DNA of 64,000 nucleotides from the human T2T-CHM13v2.0 reference genome, Homo sapiens, in the NCBI RefSeq assembly GCF_009914755.1, contig NC_060932.1; one strand, given 5' to 3'. The translations under genes and the position numbers were made by a program. Each line of letters begins with the position of its first letter. The stretch's first letter is position 1. The notes under the pieces were generated by a model, which saw only the letters and a program-made list of their open reading frames with translations, ran no database searches and was not told the origin of the DNA. This document shows, piece after piece, positions 1 to 13,630 of this stretch.

Positions 1-12
1 CCATGCCCGGCC
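1..12 (-). mobile_element. 5' tip of an Alu cut by the window edge
   Basis: CCATGCCCGGCC is the reverse complement of the Alu start GGCCGGGCATGG; only 12 bp are visible. Confidence 0.5.
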
Positions 13-469
13 AACTCTCCTGCCTTTTATTTCAACAGATATGTCAACTTTTACATGGTACAATAATTGTATAAGATAATATTAGATTGAATCTCACAAT
101 CACACTCAGCTTGATTACTAAACTTTCTCCTGCTTCTTGCTCACCTAAATTTACCTACATTTTCTATGAATAGAGTAGTTTAGAAATTTATGTCTTCTGT
201 GCATTATAGTGTAAGTTATTGTAAGATAGAAATATGGACTTTCTTTGAATCCCATTTTCTGCCTAGGAAATACCAATATATTTTGAGTATGATAAGTGTT
301 TCAAAGCATTCAAAAATGAACAATGTAGGAAACACACTGCAAAATGAGGTCTGATTCTCATCCCCTTACTCTTAATTGCTCTTTGTCTCTCGTCTCTCTC
401 TGTTTCATTGATGAGTATAAAAGATCACTTTCATATGATATTAAAATTCATAGAAATAAGTGTTGATTT

Positions 470-545
470 GATCATCCAACCAATCATTTATTGAGTGTCC
501 ATTACAAGTCAAATTGTGTTCTTGAGAACAGCTCAGGAAATGAAT
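470..545 (-). mobile_element. L2 3'-end fragment
   Basis: CATCCAACCAATCATTTATTGAGTGTCCATTA resembles the antisense L2 3' terminus (CATTCAACAAATATTTATTGAGCACCTACTA). Confidence 0.4.
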
Positions 546-1100
546 GTTTGACACTGATGTACATAACAGAAATGCAAACATACCACTAAAAACATCAGAC
601 CTCTTATGACAATCCAGATTCTCATGTAAGCTCTATTAAGCTCTTTCAAGGTGAGAATTGATCATTTCAAAAAAAATCATTTTAACAGGTCATTCTTGAG
701 ACAGAAAAGTGGAATTAGAAGCTCATATATTGCTGTTTCAGGAGCTAAAATCTTAAGTGCTGTATTTAATCAATTGACAGCCATATAATTCTTAGTTTTA
801 TATACCGATATTCATCAAAAATTAAAAACCTTGAAAATTATTCCTGTCTCATTCTACTAATCAATTTAAACATTTCATTTATTTTGTTATGTTTCCTCAT
901 TTTACTTGGCCTTGAATACTTCTTTCCAGCCCAGTATTAAATTTAATTGAGATCTAATTTGTTTACTTGGTTTAGTTACTTTGGCTATGTTTGGTACATG
1001 TCTTATGAAGCAGGTATGTAGGAATGTTTACAAATTTATGGTCCTCACTCCTCCAAAGCCCTAATGGCGATACACCGAACAGACACATACCACAATGTAA

Positions 1101-1140
1101 ACACACACACACTCACCCACCCACCCACCCACACACACAC
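1101..1140. repeat. (CA)n / (CCCA)4 compound microsatellite
   Basis: ACACACACACACTCACCCACCCACCCACCCACACACACAC read directly. Confidence 0.9.
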
Positions 1141-2589
1141 TCCAGTGGATCAACACATAAAATACTCTACAGGCAAAAACATCACACATCAGGGATCTCT
1201 CAGTGTATTACTCACTTCTGTAATTTATCAGGACTGTTCAAATGAGGTGAGTCTGCAGAGATTTCTAAGGCGATTTGAGTGCTAAGCTATCTAACTAGTG
1301 GTTGGACACTATTTGAGTAATGTACCAAACATAACTCTCAAGACTGTGAAGAATTTATGTACTTTCCAATAAACAAGGAGTTACAAGATCCTAAAAAACA
1401 CAAGTTTTTTATATCCTTTAATAGATAAAGGAAAGCTGATATCAATATGAATATATGTGTGTTAATGTTTGCTTGCTTGTAGTATACATTTTTATGTTAC
1501 TGGGAGTAAGAAACATCTTACGGAAAAGAAGACAAGAAATAAAATTTTCTTTGTTACACTGTCCAGTAACTCTCCACTGCACATGTAGGCTATAAATTGA
1601 TGTCTTGGGGAACCACTTTGGTATTTCATTTTAATAGCTCATTCTGGAGAATATATTTGAATGGATCATGTATTACAACTGATTTAAATTTTGACCCATA
1701 TAGAAATGAGTTCTCAAAAATATGTCTGAAGCCTGGATACTGTAAAATCCTTTATCATCACAGAATAATAAATTGCTAGCCATTAGTTACTCAGAAATTG
1801 TTCAATATCTAAGACGACTTAGATATAAATAGTTATGAGCAAGTATGTCTCATCATTAATGTTTGTAAAAATTAATGCTGTCATTTATGATTGAGAATAA
1901 AAAACGAGAAATGAAACTTTGATAGAAGTAAATGATAGATATAAACTTTACATAAAGCGAGAGAATAATAGATGTGTTAAAATGTTTATTTTATAGATAA
2001 GATTTATGATGAAATTGTGTTGAATAACATGAATCCACCAGCAGTTACATCATCACAACCTTTTAAATATTCCATTAACTTCAAAATGTACTTATCACTG
2101 AAATAATCTGATTAAATGAATTGGGATAATGGGTAAGGATTGGTATAAGCTGAAAGCAATACTGGACTTTAAAAATTATGTTTCTTTGTGTATTACATGA
2201 GAAAATATTGTTGATAAGTTAATTACTGCACAGTGCTTATTATAACACTTAAACCTGGAAGAAAATCAGTAAATGTTTAGAGAATAAAATTGGTGAACTG
2301 CTTCCATTTTATACTATTTCCTGTTTATTTCAGTGCTTACCCAAATTTGCAACTCTAAATAAGGCCCAATTATTTACTCCTCAAATAGCACAAGATTTAC
2401 GAAGAAAAGTGAAAGCTTTTTTTTCCACTCAAATATTCTAGTCTCTATCTGCTCAAATTTCTCACTAACTTTTCTTGAGTCTGGTACAAGTACTGATCTC
2501 AAGGCCACTGCTACCACTTTCACCATCTTCTGTGCCTCAAGGCTCAACCTTCCTCATTTACTTGAGTGAATTTGGAAAAGTTCCATTTC

Positions 2590-3680
2590 GTGATACTTTA
2601 AGCAACCTGGACGTCTCTTCACTAAAAGTGGTATTCTTCCTGTGTTCCTATGATTTTTTTCCAGAAAATGATATCAACCTCTACCTACACCTGACATCTC
2701 AGTGTAATTCTTGACATTTCCTTCTTCACATTTCCATTTCCAATCACCAAGTCTTTTCAGATTTTACCTTCTCTATAGTTCTTGAAATAATTTTTCTCTT
2801 TCTGTCTTCATTGCTATCATGGGATCTAACCCCCCAACGCTCTAACCTGGGCTATGGTGACCACCTCTAAAGTGCTCTCCCTGATTGTCTCTCCAAAAAA
2901 TGTTTCTCTTTTCTATATCCAGAATGACTTACTCAAAATGCAAATACAATTTGCATTGTAAATTGCTCTGTTTAAAAACTCCCAAAGACTTTGCATTGGT
3001 AATCGGATGAATATCAAGAGTCCAAAATAGTGTTCAAGCAGTACAAAATCTGTTCTTTGTATTTCTCCCTCCTCTCCTCTGATGACATGAACCTCCTCAA
3101 TCTGAATGATTCAATAATATTTTATTCCTTAAATGTAAAATACTTCTTGTCTTCTTGACTTTGGTCTTCTTATTCACATACTTTTCCCACTATCATCCTT
3201 TCTTTTTTTTTTTTTTTTTTTTTTTTTTGATGGAGTCTCATTGTGTTGCCAGGCTGGAGTACAGCGGCATGATCTCGGCTCACAGCAAACTCTGCCTCCC
3301 AGGGTTCAAGCGATTTTCCTGCCTCAGCCTCCCGAGTAGCTGGAACTACAGGTGTGCACTACCACACCCAGCTAATTTTTGTATTTTTAGTAGAGATGGG
3401 GTTTCACCATGTTGGCCAATATGGTCTCGATATCGTGACCTCATGATCTGCCCACCTCAGCCTCCCAAAGTGCTGGGATTAGAGGCATGAGTCACCGTTC
3501 CTGGCCCTACTATCCCATATTTATATAATCAGCTCTTAATCTTGTTTTGGTTTGCTCTTCAGTCTTTCCCACCAAGGGAAGCCTTACCTGGAATCCCTAA
3601 ATATGAAAGGCTTTCATAAGAGTGGCTTTCATAACAGTGTGTAACTTTCCTCTGTAGTGGGATTATTTTAGTTATAATAC
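2590..3680 (+). mobile_element. Degraded L2 fragment interrupted by an Alu (approximate bounds)
   Basis: Pyrimidine-rich L2-like text, e.g. CAATCACCAAGTCTTTTCAGATTTTACCTTC and ACCTGGGCTATGGTGACCACCTCTAAAGTG. Confidence 0.45.
3199..3506 (-). mobile_element. AluS (AluSc-like), full length
   Basis: Long poly-T, both arms, ends CCTGGCC; carries GTTGCCAGGCTGG and GACCTCATGATC diagnostics. Explains ORF 3155..3490. Confidence 0.95.
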
Positions 3681-4345
3681 TGTTTTTATATTTTTATTAC
3701 TATTTATAATAGATAAATCCAAGCACACTCTTTGGCAATAAGTCTAATGGACTTTTGATACAATTACTAATTCAGTACAAGTACTAATTCAGCCATGATT
3801 CCAGAGATTGAGAAAAAAATATGCAGCAGTAATCTGTCACAAGTGGAAGGACAAATAACCAAGCAATAATGTACTACCCATTCATCTCTTAAAAACAGGG
3901 TTAAAATATTTGTTCGCGTGTTTTCAGGAGGAAGCATGGACAGAGTTTCTTGCTTCTTATCCTCCCAACTCACTGTTTCTATGAAAAAAGTAATTAATCT
4001 GATAAACAACACAGAAAAATTTGGTGTTTACTGGCCTGCATTAACAAGATGGTGATTCCAAGAAGTTGAAATAAAGAGACTTCAGAGCCTGTCTCTCTCA
4101 ATCACTATCTTTGGGCTTGTGAAATTGCTTGTTACACAAAATAGGGAGCACTTGTGTAAGACCTGCATAGGGTGGCTCAGCCCGGCTACTGTTTTCATGA
4201 ATTCAACTTTTCCAAGAGTGACAGAATGTCAGAATCCCATGAGCCAAAAGTTTTATGATGAGAGAAGAAGAATGATATTTCACTCCCTAATTTTAAAATT
4301 AGGTTTTAAATAAAGTTAATAAAGTTAAAGTTGATAAAGCTGAAT

Positions 4346-4392
4346 ACATACACACATGCACACACACAAACACGCACACCACACACACACAC
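4346..4392. repeat. Imperfect (CA)n microsatellite
   Basis: Interrupted CA run read directly. Confidence 0.85.
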
Positions 4393-5904
4393 GCTCCTTA
4401 CAGCAGTTTTTCAATGTTTAATCATTCATGAGAAGTTGTTTGATTTTGTATTTTCAATTTACCAATACTTGCAACAGGCTCTGGCTGCAAAACTTTTTTC
4501 AGTCAAATAGTAGCATTTGAGAAACAACGTTGTTGCTGAAAGATAGAAGATCAGCCTTAACTACAACATCAGTAGACTTGTGACTGTTTGTAACCAGAGG
4601 GAGGTAAATGGCTTTCAGATGGTTGTGTAGCTGGTTTTTACAGTAGCCTGCAGTGGCTGTCTGATAGACATAAACCTTACTATTTATTATTAGACTTCAG
4701 AGCATTAATATTAGATTTTAATTTGCTTATGTTAGGCATGAGAAGGTAGCATTATCCTTGCTGCCCTAAATATTGTTCCTTGTCACTTTTTCCCATTGAA
4801 TTTAAAGGTAATTTGGGGAATGTGTCTAACGTAACCTTATATCCATGTGTTTGCCATAGGTTTCTGGAGCTCCCATTCTGAACATGCTCCCCAGTTGATT
4901 CTTCATGGGCATAAATTTAAATTTATGGAGGATTGTTTCGTACCTCTCAAGGAATGTGGATTCAGTACCAAGAGCTTGTAGAGTTTATCAAAAAGAAGAT
5001 AAAGAGGAATAAGAGTTCCTGCTTTATGGGAACATATTATCTTCTTTGGGTAATGCCTATCAGTACTCCCTGAAAAGCTGGAGTGTTAAATGTTTGTAAC
5101 CAGTTCACAATGAGAGAAGTAGCTTCCACTAGAAATTAAATCAATACATTACTTCTTTCATTGAGTAACTATTGCTACAAAAAATATGTCTGCTGAATAA
5201 ATTAGCATGCTTATTGACATAACTGATTTGCAGACTGTAATAGCAGTTTACGGACCAAACACTAAGCCCCACTGAAAAATCAAATAGAATTATTTGACAG
5301 TTAAGTATCACTGAAAAAGTCTGGCTTTTGATATCAGGAAGTGATCAGATTGATCATATGTTTTCAGCATGTAGTCATAATATAACTGTATATCAATAGT
5401 GTACATTTGACCCTTTATATTATGCATTTTACATATATTTTCTCATTTAATCCTTCATTACAAGCACAAGATACAAAATAGATTTGGATTTAATTGCTTC
5501 ATTAAGGTGAAAGACCAAACCCTCATTACAATGCTAATGTCAGAGGTTCTTCTTCCAATTAAAACAGAAAGTTACCAAAGGTAATTGCTCCTGCCATAAT
5601 GAGACGACGTTAGATAAACGTTTTTTTTGAAAAACTGTATTTTTGAAGCCATCCAAAAGCTATGGGCCTAAAGTTTCAGGGGACTAAATTTCAGAGAAAA
5701 ACAAGCCCTTCCTAGGTGATCACAGGCCAGCAGCTGAGTCCATCCCTAAGGACATTTGTTGGATCTAGGGACTTGAGTAGACAGAAGAACAAGCCTGAAA
5801 TGTACAGAGAAACAGCTGGAACACTGGGAATACACAAAATATTTAATCTACAGAACACTGCAATAGGGGCTGGAAATTGGAAAGATCGTGTGGTCTCCTA
5901 GTAC

Positions 5905-6209
<305 letters not shown>

Positions 6210-7271
6210 TCCTCTAGCATTTAGATGCTAAATTCTGCTGGAAAAAGGAGTACAAAATGAATACAAGTAGTAAGTAGTATCTTGAGTATTTTCTTCCCAT
6301 ACACCCATGGGAGTATTTAGTGCATCTTACTACCTCACGTACACCATTCTTTCATCAAACTATCCAAGCTAAGTATTTAAATTTAATTTTTTCCCTACAA
6401 TAAACTCTATGCTAAAGCTCATTAAGTTTGATTTTGAGAGTCTCTGTTTTTGTATCACTGTTGTAGAAAATTAATCACATTCTTTATTTTTTGAGACATT
6501 ATCATTATTGTTTCCTAGAAGTTTCTCTCTGGTTTTACTTATTTATTTAATTCTTTTATTCCTTTTCCCTTGCCATAGACAGGCACTCTCATGTGTTTGA
6601 TATAGGTTCTTTACTCTTAAAGAATTCTTACAAAATAAGAAAGTTGTTTTCTGAGTGTCTGTATGTGTATAAACAAGAGTGTATACATTTTTCTTAAAGA
6701 GTATTATGATATACATCTATTTTATTTCTAATTTTTTTCACAGAGCATAATGTTCTTCATACATTCCCACATTGTTGTAGGTTCTTTTAGGTTGTTTATT
6801 TCCCTGTAGCTGCTGCATAGTTTTCAATAAAATGAACCCACCACATTTTCCCCTATGCAGTCTTGCAGTAGAATTAACACTGACATCCAGCTACCATAGA
6901 ATTCACTTCCGTAAATAGTCTCCTTATGAAGACATCTTTTGGTTACGTGTCACAATCTGTCAGGGGTTGTGTTAGTCCATTTATATTGCTATGAAGAAAT
7001 ACCTGAGGCTGGGTAATTTATTTTTTAAAAACAGAGGTTTATCTTGGCTCACGGTTCTGCAAGCTGTACAGGGAGCATGGCAACGACATCTGTTCTTGGC
7101 AAGGCCTGAAGCTTATAATCATGGAAGAAGGTGAAGGGGAGCCAGCGTGTCTCATGGTCAGAGAGGGAGCAAGAGAAAGAAGGGAGAGGTCCAAGTCTGT
7201 TTTAAACAATCAGATCTCTCGTGAACTAATGGAGCAAGAACTCACTTACCACTAAGGAGATGGTGGTAAAT

Positions 7272-7545
7272 CAAGCTTGTTTGACTCACATCCTGCAGGC
7301 TGAATGCAGCCCAGGACAGCTTTGAATGTGGCCCAACAAGAAGGTGGCCCAACACAAATTTGTAAGCTTTCTTAAAACATTATGAGCTTTGTGTGTGCGT
7401 ATGTGTGTGTGTGTGTCTGTGTGTGTGTGTGTGAGAGAGAGAGAGAGCTCATCAGCTATTGTTAGTGTTAGTGTATTTTATGTGTGGCCCAAGATGACTC
7501 TTCTTCCAATGTGGCCCAGGGAAGCCAAAAGACTGGACATTCCTG
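7272..7545 (-). mobile_element. MER30 hAT-Charlie MITE
   Basis: CAAGCTTGT...GGCCCAACACAAATTTGTAAGCTTTCTTAAAACATTATGAG...GTGGCCCAGGGAAGCCAAAAGACTGGACATTCCTG; degenerate 8-bp TSD TGGTAAAT / TGCTAAAC. Confidence 0.92.
7390..7447. repeat. (TG)n(GA)n microsatellite inside MER30
   Basis: Read directly. Confidence 0.95.
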
Positions 7546-8879
7546 TGCTAAACCGTTCATAAGGGATCCACCCCATGATCTAATACCTCCCACTGGGTCC
7601 CACCACCAACATTGGGGAACGCATTTCAGCATGAGATTTGGAGGGGACACACATTCAAACTATATCAGGAATATACACCCAACAGTAAGACAGTTAGGTT
7701 GTAGGGCATGCATAATTTTAAATGGGTCCTGCCATATTATTTTCCAAAATGTTTACAACCATTTACTTTCCCATCCATTGCCCATAAAGGTTGTTTTTCC
7801 TCATATCCTCATCACACAATATCATCTATAAGTTTTATATTTTCTAAGCAAGTGGTGAAGATACATATCACATTTTATTCATGCACATTGGCATTTGTCA
7901 GAGTGCTGATATCATATTGGGATTTTGGGGGGCCCATTTTTCTAGTGAGTTTACTATATTCTTTGTTGATTTGAATGTCAATAATAATCACTTTTCTCTA
8001 TCTAGGCATTGTCAACATTTTCTATTACTCTGTCATATGCTGATAACTTTGTATGCCAGCCTTTGATGGAATGAATCCTTAAAATTTTTATAGTTCTTCT
8101 AGAGTTTAATTTATATTTTAAATGGAATTTTTTGGTTTAGTAAATCTTTTATTAAAGTGTAACAACACACCACAATTTGTATTTTGTTGGGTTCCTTCAG
8201 ACTTAGAATTCTGATACATTTTGGTTGATATACCCTTTTTATCATAATGAAGCATGGCTATCATAATGCAATATGAGTGGATCTAGGAATCTATATTGAC
8301 AACCATGACAGAAAACATTATTTTTGCTTTCAATCATAAAAAATAATTTTAGAAACAAAAGAATAACCCATAACATTTACTTAGATATTTACCTTTCTGT
8401 TCTTTAATTCTTTTGCCTTTTCTTAACTTAAATATTATTCACTTATTCCTTATTTCCTTTTAACTTTTTCTACATTCATGAGCTATTATTTTAGTGGTTA
8501 TACTAGTCATTATACTGTTTAACACTTGTTGATTAAAATTGAATATGTTATTACTTATTTGTGTTACTCATAAGTTCAGAATCTTATTTAAATTAATCCC
8601 TGTGGCTAAAAATTAAAAACATATATTTTAAATCTCCATATTATTGTTTAATTTTTGTGCAATATTTTGCATCGACCCAGATATTTACCCTCATATGTGT
8701 TCCTTTTGAATGTCTTAGTTTCGGGACATTTCGATGTCTTAGTCATTTTTTTTTTTCATGAAGAATTCTTTAGTCTTGCCTATGACACCAGCAGTATCTA
8801 TGAATGGTCCAGTTATGCTAGAAAATACATGTATTCTCTTTAAATTTGGTGATTATTTCCACCTACTATGGTTCCCACT

Positions 8880-9560
8880 GGTTTGATCTTCTCCATTTAA
8901 TATTTTGACCTCTTATTATTTTATTTTAGTTGATCATTCATATCTTCTGTTATTTGCTTATATTGCTTGATGTATCAGTTTCTAAGAATTTGTGTGAAAA
9001 ATCTAATTATAGCCATGGATTCTTTATTTCTACCCATATCTCTATCAAATTTTACTTTATATATGCAAGTTCTACTTCATATTTGTGAATTGGGTAAATT
9101 TCTTTTCAAAACTATTACATTTTCTTAACATATTGTTCCTTGTACATGTATTAGTAGACAATATCTTAACTTCAATTATATTTTATCACATATTTAGGAC
9201 ACAACATAAATTTTCTTTTGCATCATATATACCTGTATTTCTTTCTTCATCTTTTTGGTTTTCAATTCTCTGTATTATTTTATTTTGTAGATTATTTGCA
9301 ACATATATTGCTGAAACTTAACTGTTGCAATATAATCTGAGCATTTCTGTTTGTCATTGGCTCCTTTAACTTATTTGAATTTATTACAATTCATGCAATT
9401 TTATGCTTAATTTACTGTATTTTCAAGCTAGGCAGCCTTCCTCCTTTCACTGACTTTCATTTGACAGGTCAGAATTTCTTCTGCTAGTTTAAATTTTAAA
9501 TACTTTATTTTTCTTTTTCCAGTGTTTGCCTTCAAATTTTTAAATTCTGTATTTATTTTG
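8880..9560 (-). mobile_element. Highly degraded L1M fragment (approximate bounds)
   Basis: ATGGATTCTTTATTTCTACCCATATCTCTATCAAATTTTACTTTATATAT resembles the antisense L1M ORF2 endonuclease region; T-rich. Confidence 0.4.
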
Positions 9561-10771
9561 CACTATAATTTTCAACACCTGTATCTTCCCCTTATCAATT
9601 TGTATACAGATACATATCAACTGCCTTCCCTTTGGCATCCCCTAGCTTCCAATTACTATACATCACTAAAATTGTATCCTCAAGAACAGCTCTCTTCAAA
9701 TAGTATGCTTTGAGAAACACATAAATATTTATCAAGGGGAACTTGGACATTTTTTCTAGATCCTCAAATTCTATTGGCATTCTTTCTTCATACTCTACCA
9801 CCTACTGTCTTACAAAAAAAAACTTTAAAAAATGAAGGGACATTTAAAATCTTTTCCTTAACATTACAATTGCCTCTAGTTTGAAACCTTTAGAGCACCC
9901 ATTAAAAGGGTACTTGAAAACACGGAGAGGGGAATTCGCTAATTGGTAACTCACAATCATTAAACTTGGGCTGGGTAAAACTGCTTGAATTTCTTGTTTC
10001 ATACATACTTTGCCAAGTGTAAAGAATCGCTTAAAATATAATATATTTTGACTTTTGGTGGGAAATTCTAAAATCAGGTGTAATGTAGTTTGAGCACGTG
10101 GAGTACCCTGCTTTTGTTGTTGTTGTTACAATCTCAGTTCTCTCATCAGGCGCCATTGTCAGAAAAGCATTGCTTTTGAGAAAGTATCTGAGAGCAGGAT
10201 GGAAGCAGAGCAAATAAGCAACAAGGAGAGCTAAAAATGGCTTTTTCACAAATCTAAACAAAAGTTTGTCTTTCCAGTTACTTTTTTTTTTTTACTATTC
10301 ATTAGAGAATGCCTAATTAGCTAGGAAGAAAAACATTTTAAGTAGACAAAATGGTTCTGCAAATAACAATTTTTTCAAGATACAGCAAAAAAAGTCAACA
10401 GTGAGTTTTCTGTGACTTTTGTGGAGATGTGGGTATAGCTTACTCACTACGAAAGATAGGATTTAATTTTTAAAGCATATAAAATATATATCTGTATTAT
10501 TGACAGTTCTAATCTTAGTTGATAATGTAAAATGTTGATTATTTCCCATGTAAAAATTACTATCAGCCACTAAGACAAGTAAATTTTAGTAGTATATGCC
10601 TTACTTGTTAAAAATTAACTAGACAGGAAATTGTGGTATCTATATCCAACAAGTTAGTGGAGTTTTTCTGGTTTTCATATATAACTCTTATTTTATCTTC
10701 TCAAAGACAAAAAGTAGTTCAGGAAAAAAACACATATTTAACCAAAGGGAAACCATGAATAATTATACACC

Positions 10772-11247
10772 TGTATTAGTTTATCATTGCTGGTGTAAAA
10801 AAAAAAATTACAACAAACTTAATAGCTTAAAACCACAAATTTATTATCTTACAGATCTTGAGGTCAGATCTTTAAAGGGATCCTCAATGGGTCAAAATCA
10901 AGCTGTTAGTAGGGTTGCATTCTTTCTAGAAGCTCTTGGGGAGAATAGGTGACCTTGCCTTTTCCAGCTTCTAGAGACTGCCCCTGTGGGATCATGGCCC
11001 CTTTAATTTTAAGCCAGGAGTGTAGTATCATAGAAACTCACTGACTCTTCTGCTTGCCTCTTCTACCTATTAACATCCTTATAATTGCATTGAGTCTACC
11101 TGAATAATCAACGGTAATCATCTTCTCTAAATGTCATCAGATTAGCAATCTTCATTCCATCTGCAGCATCATTTCCCTTTCGCCAAATAACCTAACATAG
11201 TCACAGTTTCTGGGGAAGTCGATACAGGAGATGTTATTTTGTGTACA
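10772..11247 (-). mobile_element. MaLR solo LTR (MLT1D-like)
   Basis: TGTATTAGTTT...CAAATTTATTATCTTACAG...CCTTGCCTTTTCCAGCTTCTAGAG...TAACATAGTCACAGTTTCTGGGGA. Confidence 0.85.
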
Positions 11248-12370
11248 ATCCTTGATAAATAATTTAAAATTTTAATACATACTTTATTTATGCCTACAAA
11301 TTAAATATTGACATATACCATATAAATGTATTTTAGCTCTCATAATTTACAAATTAGATGAATTAATCATACAAGAGATCTATATCGTTGTAAACTTGAC
11401 TGCTTTTCATATTCTATATTATAGATGAAATTCATGATTTAGTTATCCAGGTTTTTTTTTTTTTCAGGTCCCTCAAAACACCTAATATAGCATGTATTAG
11501 ACACTTCTTGAAGAAAGGTACTCTGATATTGGACAATAGTGATGTCTGGCCTTGCTGAGTGATGCCTGGCTTGGCTAATTTGGTTGTATAGCAGACTATT
11601 CCCTCCAAAATTTAGTATTCTAAATACAACTCCAAAATTTTAACCCAAAGATAATTATAACATATAATAGGATGAGGTAAGTGATTTCTATTTTAATATA
11701 CATTTGCCAATATAGTATCTTTTTATTGGTAAATGTATATTGAAATAAAAATCACTTTATATGTTGAATAAAAATTATGCTTAGAAAAGAAAATGAAGCG
11801 AAAAGTATAATCCATAATCATTTGACAGGATTAGTTTGGGTACAACCTTTTTTAAAAAAGTAACTAGAAATTAAGAATGTCAATTATTCTAATAAGTGGT
11901 AACAAATTCTTTTGTTTGTCAGGTAGTTTACAATTCTTTGCCTTCAACACAATTGAAGGAGAACCTAGAATTGTTAGCTAGTAAGTCATTAAGAATTATT
12001 TTTCATGATGGATCCTTGTATTCTTGTGAAGCATCTCAGAAAGATTTCAAATAATTAAGCGGCATCAATACAAAAAAGGATTTTTATTCCATTTTACTTA
12101 CTCTCGAGACTAAGATTCTACTGATCTTAGATCAATAAAAATGAAAAATAGAAATAGAATTGAAGTTGAACCATGTCTCAATCAGGCAATAAGTAATATT
12201 TATTCATGTACGCATGAATTTATCAAAAAGTAAAGAATTCTTCATCTCATTTAGGGTTATATCTACAATACAACTTCACTTTTGATACAGTTTATTTCTC
12301 AGAGTTTGGAATACAAACAATATATTCATGTTATAAACAATGACACTTTTAAAGTATACTGCTAATAATA

Positions 12371-13310
12371 GTGAGAAAATTTTTGCCATCTATCCATCTG
12401 ACAAAGGGCTAATATACAGAATCTATAAGGAACTTAAACAAATTTACAAGAAAAAAACAACCCCATTAAAAAGTGGGCGAAGAATAGAAAGACACTTCTC
12501 AAAAGAAGACATTTATGCGGCCAATAAACATGAAAAAAAGCTCATCATCACTGGTCATTGGAGAAATGCAAGTCAAAACCAAAATGAGATACCATGTCAC
12601 GCCAGTTAGAACGGCAATCATTAAAAAGTCAAGAAAGAACAGATGCTGGCGAGGATGTGGAGAAATAGGAACACTTTATACTGTTGGTGGGAGTGTAAAT
12701 TCAACCATTGTGGAAGACAGTGTGGTGATTCCTCAAGGATCTAGAACCAGAAATACCATTTGACCGAGTAATCTCGTTACTGGGTATGTATTCAAGGGAT
12801 TATAAATCATTCTACTATAAAGACACATGCACATGTATGTTTATTGCAGCACTATTCACAATAGCAAAGACTTGCAACTCACCCAAATGCCCATCAATGA
12901 TAGACGGGATAAAGAAAATGTGGCACATACACACCATGTATTACTATGCAGCCATAAAAAAAAGAATGAGTTCATGTCCTTTGTGGGGACATGGATGAAG
13001 CAGAAACCATCATTCTCAGCAAACTAACACAAGAACAGAAAGCCAAACACTGCATGTTCTCACTCATAAGTGGGAGCTGAACAATGAGAACATATGGGGA
13101 CAGGGAGGGGAACATCACACACCGGAGCCTGTCAGGGGATGGGGGGCAAGGGGAGGGATAGCACTAGGAGGAATACCTAACGTAGATGATGGGTTGATGA
13201 GTGCAGAAACCACCATGGCACGTGCATATCTATGTAACAAACCTGCACATTCTGCACATGTATCCCAGAACTTAAAGTATAATACAAAAAATGTATAAAA
13301 ATAAATAACA
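12371..13310 (+). mobile_element. 5'-truncated LINE-1 (L1PA6-like): ORF2 C-terminal remnant plus 3' UTR
   Basis: ORF fragments [14 protein letters not shown]..., [30 protein letters not shown]; 3' UTR ends CCCAGAACTTAAAGTATAAT followed by an A-rich tail; frameshifted. Confidence 0.95.
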
Positions 13311-13326
13311 CACAAAACAATAACGC

Positions 13327-13630
<304 letters not shown>

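Larger units (their letters stand above)
6968..7667 (-). mobile_element. MaLR solo LTR (MSTB-like), interrupted by MER30
   Basis: Begins TGTGTTAGTCCATT...GAAATACCTGAGGCTGGGTAATTTA and ends GAGATTTGGAGGGGACACACATTCAAACTATATCA. Confidence 0.9.
6690..8100 (-). mobile_element. Old L1M (L1ME-like) 3' region, split by an MSTB insertion (approximate bounds)
   Basis: Antisense L1M 3' motifs on both sides of the LTR (GCTGCATAGTTTTCAAT...; GGAATATACACCC...TTTCCAAAATGTTTACAACCATTTACTTTCCC). Confidence 0.55.

Noticed and set aside
12340-13027. ORFs similar to a reverse-transcriptase protein C-terminus
   Set aside because: Frameshifted L1 ORF2 remnants of a 5'-truncated element.
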